DNA of 64,000 nucleotides from a virus, in IMG/VR virus record IMGVR_UViG_3300037882_002640, positions 30,811 through 94,810 of that record; one strand, written 5' to 3'. The notes beneath the pieces were generated by a model. It had not been told where the DNA came from, made no database searches, and saw only the letters and a program-made list of their open reading frames with translations. Shown here piece after piece: positions 59,671 to 64,000 of the stretch (the first letter of the stretch is position 1; the number at the start of each line of letters is the position of its first letter). The position numbers and the translations under genes are program-made.

Positions 59671-61927
59671 AGAGAAGTCAAAAAACGATTTTGAGTGGGC
59701 TAAGAAGACAATTGACGCTATCATAGCCACATCTCCAGATCAAAACAAGGACATTCATAGAATGAAGTCCAACTACCAGCTGTATAACAATCAACTTAAC
59801 CAACAAGATTTCGAGAGGGAATGTAATCCTTTAAATATTGATGTTGGCCAGTTTAAAGATACAATACAGCCTTACAATAAGACATACAATAAGATTCAGG
59901 TACTACTATCTGAAGAACTATCTCGTCCCTTCGTGTTTAAGACTCTACTAGTTAACGCTGATGGGGTTAAATCTAAACTGATGTATCGGGACAATCTCCT
60001 AAAGACTTATATACAAAATAAGGTATCTAATACTATTAGGGGATTGTATGGAGAGCAGGCAGAGGAAGAGGGTATGATGCCTGAAGAAATTAATAAGTAC
60101 ATGAAGTATACTTTCCTGGATGCTAAGGAAGTTACTGCAAACAGGATAATGGAATACTTATGGAAGAAATTAAGTATAGATGGATTAAAGAATGAGTCCT
60201 TTAAACATGGACTAATCTCAGGAGTTGAGTTATGCTATGTAGGCAGAAAGGATGATGATCCTTATGTGTCTATATTAAATCCCTTAAACACCTTCTACTA
60301 TAAATCTGAGGAGACTCGTTATGTGCAGGATGGATTATATGCTGGGTATAGAACTACCTTATCTAACTATGAAATACTAGATAGGTATGGAATGTATCTT
60401 AGTGACGAGGATAAGAGGAGTTTAGAGGATAAATTCCCGACAGGTAACTATATTGGTAACGAGATGAAGTACCCTGAAGGGGTAAGACTGTATGATTACA
60501 ATACCTACCAGACATACACTGATGGTAACGATGAGGTAAGCTCCCAAACTGTTGTGCATGTAGAGTGGAGATCAGCTCGAAAGGTAGGATTCCTATCATG
60601 GGAAAATGAGTTTGGTGACCCTGAGCAAATGATAGTTTCAGAAGACACTGCTATACCCCCACATGCTGAGACTAAGATGGTGACTAAGAAATATGGTAGG
60701 AAATGTAAGTACTACTACTTTGATGGTTATTCCCTCTACTTTGACTATGTTCCAGAGATATGGACTGGTATAAAAATAGGTAGCGAGATTTATTGTAAGA
60801 TTGGACCAAAAGAGGATCAATTCAGATCTATGGACAACCCTTACGACGTTAAGTTAGGATACCATGGTATTGCTTATTCCTCTTTGAACGCACCTAACAT
60901 ATCCCTTATGGATAGAATGAAGCCATTCCAGTATCTATACTTCATTGTTATGCACAAACTTAAGAAGTTAATTGCTAGAGATGAAGGTATGGTATATAAG
61001 TTTGATTACTCAATGGTTGATCCTAAACTAGGTATTGAGAAGACACTATATTACATCAAAGAAATGGGTATAGATATCTATAACTCTTTACAGAACGCAG
61101 ACCAACCTGGAAGTGGCCAACGAGGAGTAGTAACTCAAGCAGTTAATATGTCTAATATGCAATATATTATGTCATATGTTAATCTACTTGCATCTATTGA
61201 CCAGCAGATTTCAGATGTAGCTGGTGTATCTCGACAGAAAGAAGGGCAAATGGTTGCTAATGAAGCAGTTGGCAATAACCAAGCAGCAATCCAGATGTCA
61301 TCTTTAGTAACTGAGATATACTTCCATATTCATTACTCTATGTGGGGTGAGGTACTGACCTCCCTATTGAATACAGCCTCATCTTGCTACCAAGGAAAGC
61401 ATGTTGTAAAGCAGTTTATATTGGACGATTTAAGCATTGGGAGTCTGGAAGTAAGCCCAGGCGATTTGATTAATTCTGATTTTGGAATATTTGTATCTTC
61501 CTCTATTAAGGATAACAATATGTTTAAGTCCTTACAAGGAATAGCAGCTGACTTGATTCGCTCAACAAGAGCATCATTCTCAGACTTGATTTCTCTGTAT
61601 ACTTCTACGTCTTCTGAGGAACTTAAGAATACTATAATTGCATCTGAAGAGAAAACTAATGCTCAAGCACAGCAATCTCAACAAGCACAGATTCAAGCTC
61701 AATTACAAGTAGAAGAATCCAAAAAACAAACTCAGCTGGAACTTGCCAATATCGCTGCTGAAACTAAAATTAAGGTTGCAGAAATTGGAAGTTTTGCTCG
61801 ACAGATGGACCAAGATGTGAACGATAATAATGTGCCAGACCAGCTAGAGTTGGAGAAATTAAGGGTCAATACTAGGCTAAAAGAAAGAGAGCTTGATATC
61901 AAAGAGAAAGCTTTAAATAAAAAATAG
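59636..61927 (+). CDS. Portal protein
   Basis: Start MWDLPKQR; about 760 aa between terminase and scaffold/capsid genes; SLMDRMKPFQYLY and AGVSRQKEG segments typical of crAss-like portals. Confidence 0.85.
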   Translation: MWDLPKQRLSFKEKSKNDFEWAKKTIDAIIATSPDQNKDIHRMKSNYQLYNNQLNQQDFERECNPLNIDVGQFKDTIQPYNKTYNKIQVLLSEELSRPFVFKTLLVNADGVKSKLMYRDNLLKTYIQNKVSNTIRGLYGEQAEEEGMMPEEINKYMKYTFLDAKEVTANRIMEYLWKKLSIDGLKNESFKHGLISGVELCYVGRKDDDPYVSILNPLNTFYYKSEETRYVQDGLYAGYRTTLSNYEILDRYGMYLSDEDKRSLEDKFPTGNYIGNEMKYPEGVRLYDYNTYQTYTDGNDEVSSQTVVHVEWRSARKVGFLSWENEFGDPEQMIVSEDTAIPPHAETKMVTKKYGRKCKYYYFDGYSLYFDYVPEIWTGIKIGSEIYCKIGPKEDQFRSMDNPYDVKLGYHGIAYSSLNAPNISLMDRMKPFQYLYFIVMHKLKKLIARDEGMVYKFDYSMVDPKLGIEKTLYYIKEMGIDIYNSLQNADQPGSGQRGVVTQAVNMSNMQYIMSYVNLLASIDQQISDVAGVSRQKEGQMVANEAVGNNQAAIQMSSLVTEIYFHIHYSMWGEVLTSLLNTASSCYQGKHVVKQFILDDLSIGSLEVSPGDLINSDFGIFVSSSIKDNNMFKSLQGIAADLIRSTRASFSDLISLYTSTSSEELKNTIIASEEKTNAQAQQSQQAQIQAQLQVEESKKQTQLELANIAAETKIKVAEIGSFARQMDQDVNDNNVPDQLELEKLRVNTRLKERELDIKEKALNKK

Positions 61928-61980
61928 GCTATACCCCATTTAGGTATAGTTAGATATAACAATTCATTAACAATAAATTT

Positions 61981-62925
61981 ATGGAAGAATTAGAAGATCT
62001 GTTCTCTACAGAGGTAGATAACGAAGATATTGATGGCGAGGGTACGGACCCTATTATAACAGATCCACCTGCTGAAGGTGGTGAGGGTACTGGTAAGGAA
62101 GAAGACCCAGTCGCTAAATATTTAGTAGAATTAGGCATATTAGATGAGGACGAAGACCTGTCTGATTTAGAGGTAGCTATAAAATCATCGAAAGATAAAG
62201 CAGATAACAAAGCTGTAGAGGCGCTACTCTCGAGATTACCAGAAGACTTTAAGCCTCTATTGGAATATGGTTTAAATGGTGGTGCTTCGCTTCAAGAATA
62301 CCTTCAAGCAAACGCACCAATTGATTACGATAAGTTAGACTTAGACGATGAGAATGTTCAGAACTCAGTCATGTTCAACTACTATAAGCAAACATCAAAA
62401 TACTCTGACGAGAAGATTGAAAAACTTATAGCAAGGTTGAAAGACGCAGATGCTCTAAAAGAGACTGCTGAGGAGACTGTAGCTGAACTCAAACAGATTC
62501 GTGAGGAAGCTAAAAGTAAGCTAATTGATGACCAGAAAAAACAACACGCTGATTATCTAAAGGAAGTAGCTAAAGAAACTGAAAGGTTTGAAAAATCTTT
62601 TGAGGAGTACAAAGCTCCTGCAGATAGGAAAGAGAAAATACAAAAAATGTTTACGGTAGGAAAAGATAACAAAGTTCCATTCAATGATACCATGAACACT
62701 ATACGCTCTAACTACGATCACCTCTTACAATTATCTGATTTACTTTTAGATTATGACCCTAAGAAAGGTTTCAACATGGATCGCTTTATAAAAAAAGCAC
62801 AAACAGAAAAGGTTAGTAATCTAAGAAATATTCTGGAAGAGAGGATTCAAAATTCAAAACCTGGTGGAGAGGGTCGACCCACCAAAGAAAATAACTTCGA
62901 CTTTGAAAAATTCATATCCCTATAA
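61981..62925 (+). CDS. Acidic scaffold-like protein upstream of the capsid gene
   Basis: Very acidic N-terminus and helical body; conserved position. Confidence 0.65.
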   Translation: MEELEDLFSTEVDNEDIDGEGTDPIITDPPAEGGEGTGKEEDPVAKYLVELGILDEDEDLSDLEVAIKSSKDKADNKAVEALLSRLPEDFKPLLEYGLNGGASLQEYLQANAPIDYDKLDLDDENVQNSVMFNYYKQTSKYSDEKIEKLIARLKDADALKETAEETVAELKQIREEAKSKLIDDQKKQHADYLKEVAKETERFEKSFEEYKAPADRKEKIQKMFTVGKDNKVPFNDTMNTIRSNYDHLLQLSDLLLDYDPKKGFNMDRFIKKAQTEKVSNLRNILEERIQNSKPGGEGRPTKENNFDFEKFISL

Positions 62926-62927
62926 AA

Positions 62928-64000
62928 ATGGCAACTCCACAAAGTTCACTTATAATTAAAAGATGGGAAGGTTTTGGCGGTAATTTCGTTGATGCTGACT
63001 ACTTAGGTCACTCATACGAAGCTTCCAAACCTTATGTGTTCGAGAACACACTCATGAAACTGTACTCATCTAAATCACGTTTCTTCACAGGCGGCAAACT
63101 TCTCCAGCAAATGCTTGGTAGTACTTCTGCTGGTATGAAGGAAATTGATACTGATATATTCCGTTGGAAACTTCAAGGCGCTGAGCACAAGTCTGCTCGT
63201 GTAGTAGAAGTGGTAGAAACATCTACAGCTCCAGGTCTTGGCTTGACTACATTCCGTATTAAGCTTGACCTTAACTACTTCGCTCGTCCTGACGTTCTTA
63301 TGGGCGAAGACAATGAATATCCTTTGGAGATCGTAAATGGTCCAATCCCTGATGGTACTGGTTATGTTTATGAAGTACGCATCCAAGGCGATAGCCCATC
63401 TGTATTCCTTCCTGTTTCTGAAATTCAACTTGGTCGTCGTTTCGATAAAGTTTGGACTTCAGTATCTAGCGAGCATAACGAAGAGTATGGTACCCAACAG
63501 GCTCCTGCATCCTTAATGCTTGAGAACCAACTTGGCTACTTCGCTCAAAAACTTAGTGTAACTGACAAAGCCCTCCGTACTGATGGCCGCTTGGGTCTTG
63601 ATTTCATCATGACTGACGGCGCTGGCAAGCAAACTAAAATCAGCAAGTTCATCCCTTATTACGAGGCTCGTATGCAAGAAGAACTTTACAATTCTGTAGA
63701 GGCTCAACTTGTTTATGGTAAAAAGCAAACTCGTCCAGGTTCACAAGGTTATGTACTCCGCACAGGTATGGGTCTTCGCGAGCAGTTGAAAGACTCTTGG
63801 ACTTCTTACTACTCTGGCGCACTTACTGTTAATCTTCTTCGTGACTACCTCATGGATATCTTCTTCACACGTGAGAACGAATCTAATCGTGTAGTTCGCA
63901 TGATGACTGGTACACTTGGTTCACTCCTGTTCCACCAAGCACTTTCTAACTTGGCTAATGGTTTCTTGACTGTAGATACACATCACATCAAGTCTATTGG
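62928..64000 (+). CDS. Major capsid protein (3'-truncated; missing from the ORF track)
   Basis: ATG 62928, MATPQSSLIIKRWEGFGG..., open to the window end; TGMGLREQL motif; strong CGT/GGT/GCT codon bias of a highly expressed gene. Confidence 0.85.
   Translation, partial: MATPQSSLIIKRWEGFGGNFVDADYLGHSYEASKPYVFENTLMKLYSSKSRFFTGGKLLQQMLGSTSAGMKEIDTDIFRWKLQGAEHKSARVVEVVETSTAPGLGLTTFRIKLDLNYFARPDVLMGEDNEYPLEIVNGPIPDGTGYVYEVRIQGDSPSVFLPVSEIQLGRRFDKVWTSVSSEHNEEYGTQQAPASLMLENQLGYFAQKLSVTDKALRTDGRLGLDFIMTDGAGKQTKISKFIPYYEARMQEELYNSVEAQLVYGKKQTRPGSQGYVLRTGMGLREQLKDSWTSYYSGALTVNLLRDYLMDIFFTRENESNRVVRMMTGTLGSLLFHQALSNLANGFLTVDTHHIKSI

Noticed and set aside
1-64000. CRISPR array, integrase, introns, inteins or diversity-generating retroelement
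   Set aside because: No repeat-spacer array, recombinase, reverse transcriptase or homing-endonuclease insertion was seen; the terminase, portal and polymerase genes show no such insertions.

Overview
This window is part of a crAss-like (Crassvirales-type) phage genome, with a probable Bacteroidota host judged from TAnnTTTG promoters and AT-rich translation starts. Layout: (1) 1-11068 (+), the 5'-truncated giant virion RNA polymerase gene (DFDVD motif) and a second giant virion protein, ending at a bidirectional terminator; (2) 11.2-49.9 kb (-), early and middle genes: a replication module at 14.5-28.7 kb, accessory membrane and AAA+/vWA genes, and a tRNA/ncRNA-rich early region at 42.7-49.3 kb; (3) 50.0-64.0 kb (+), small genes, IHF-like, GroES-like, GroEL, terminase, portal, scaffold-like and a 3'-truncated major capsid gene. 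Main result: the fragmented ORFs of the replication module rejoin in frame across 14 TGA codons in 11 genes, several at positions where Trp is expected. TGA is still a true stop in flanking minus-strand genes and is not used, as sense or stop, in the 22 plus-strand genes whose stop is in the window. The early region carries a tRNA-like gene with a UCA anticodon and a 6-nt loop insertion, a stand-alone dsRBD-like gene beside it, two other non-canonical tRNAs, and three hammerhead ribozymes, one predicted to cut exactly before an AUG start. All calls come from reading the sequence by eye; no searches or folding programs were run.
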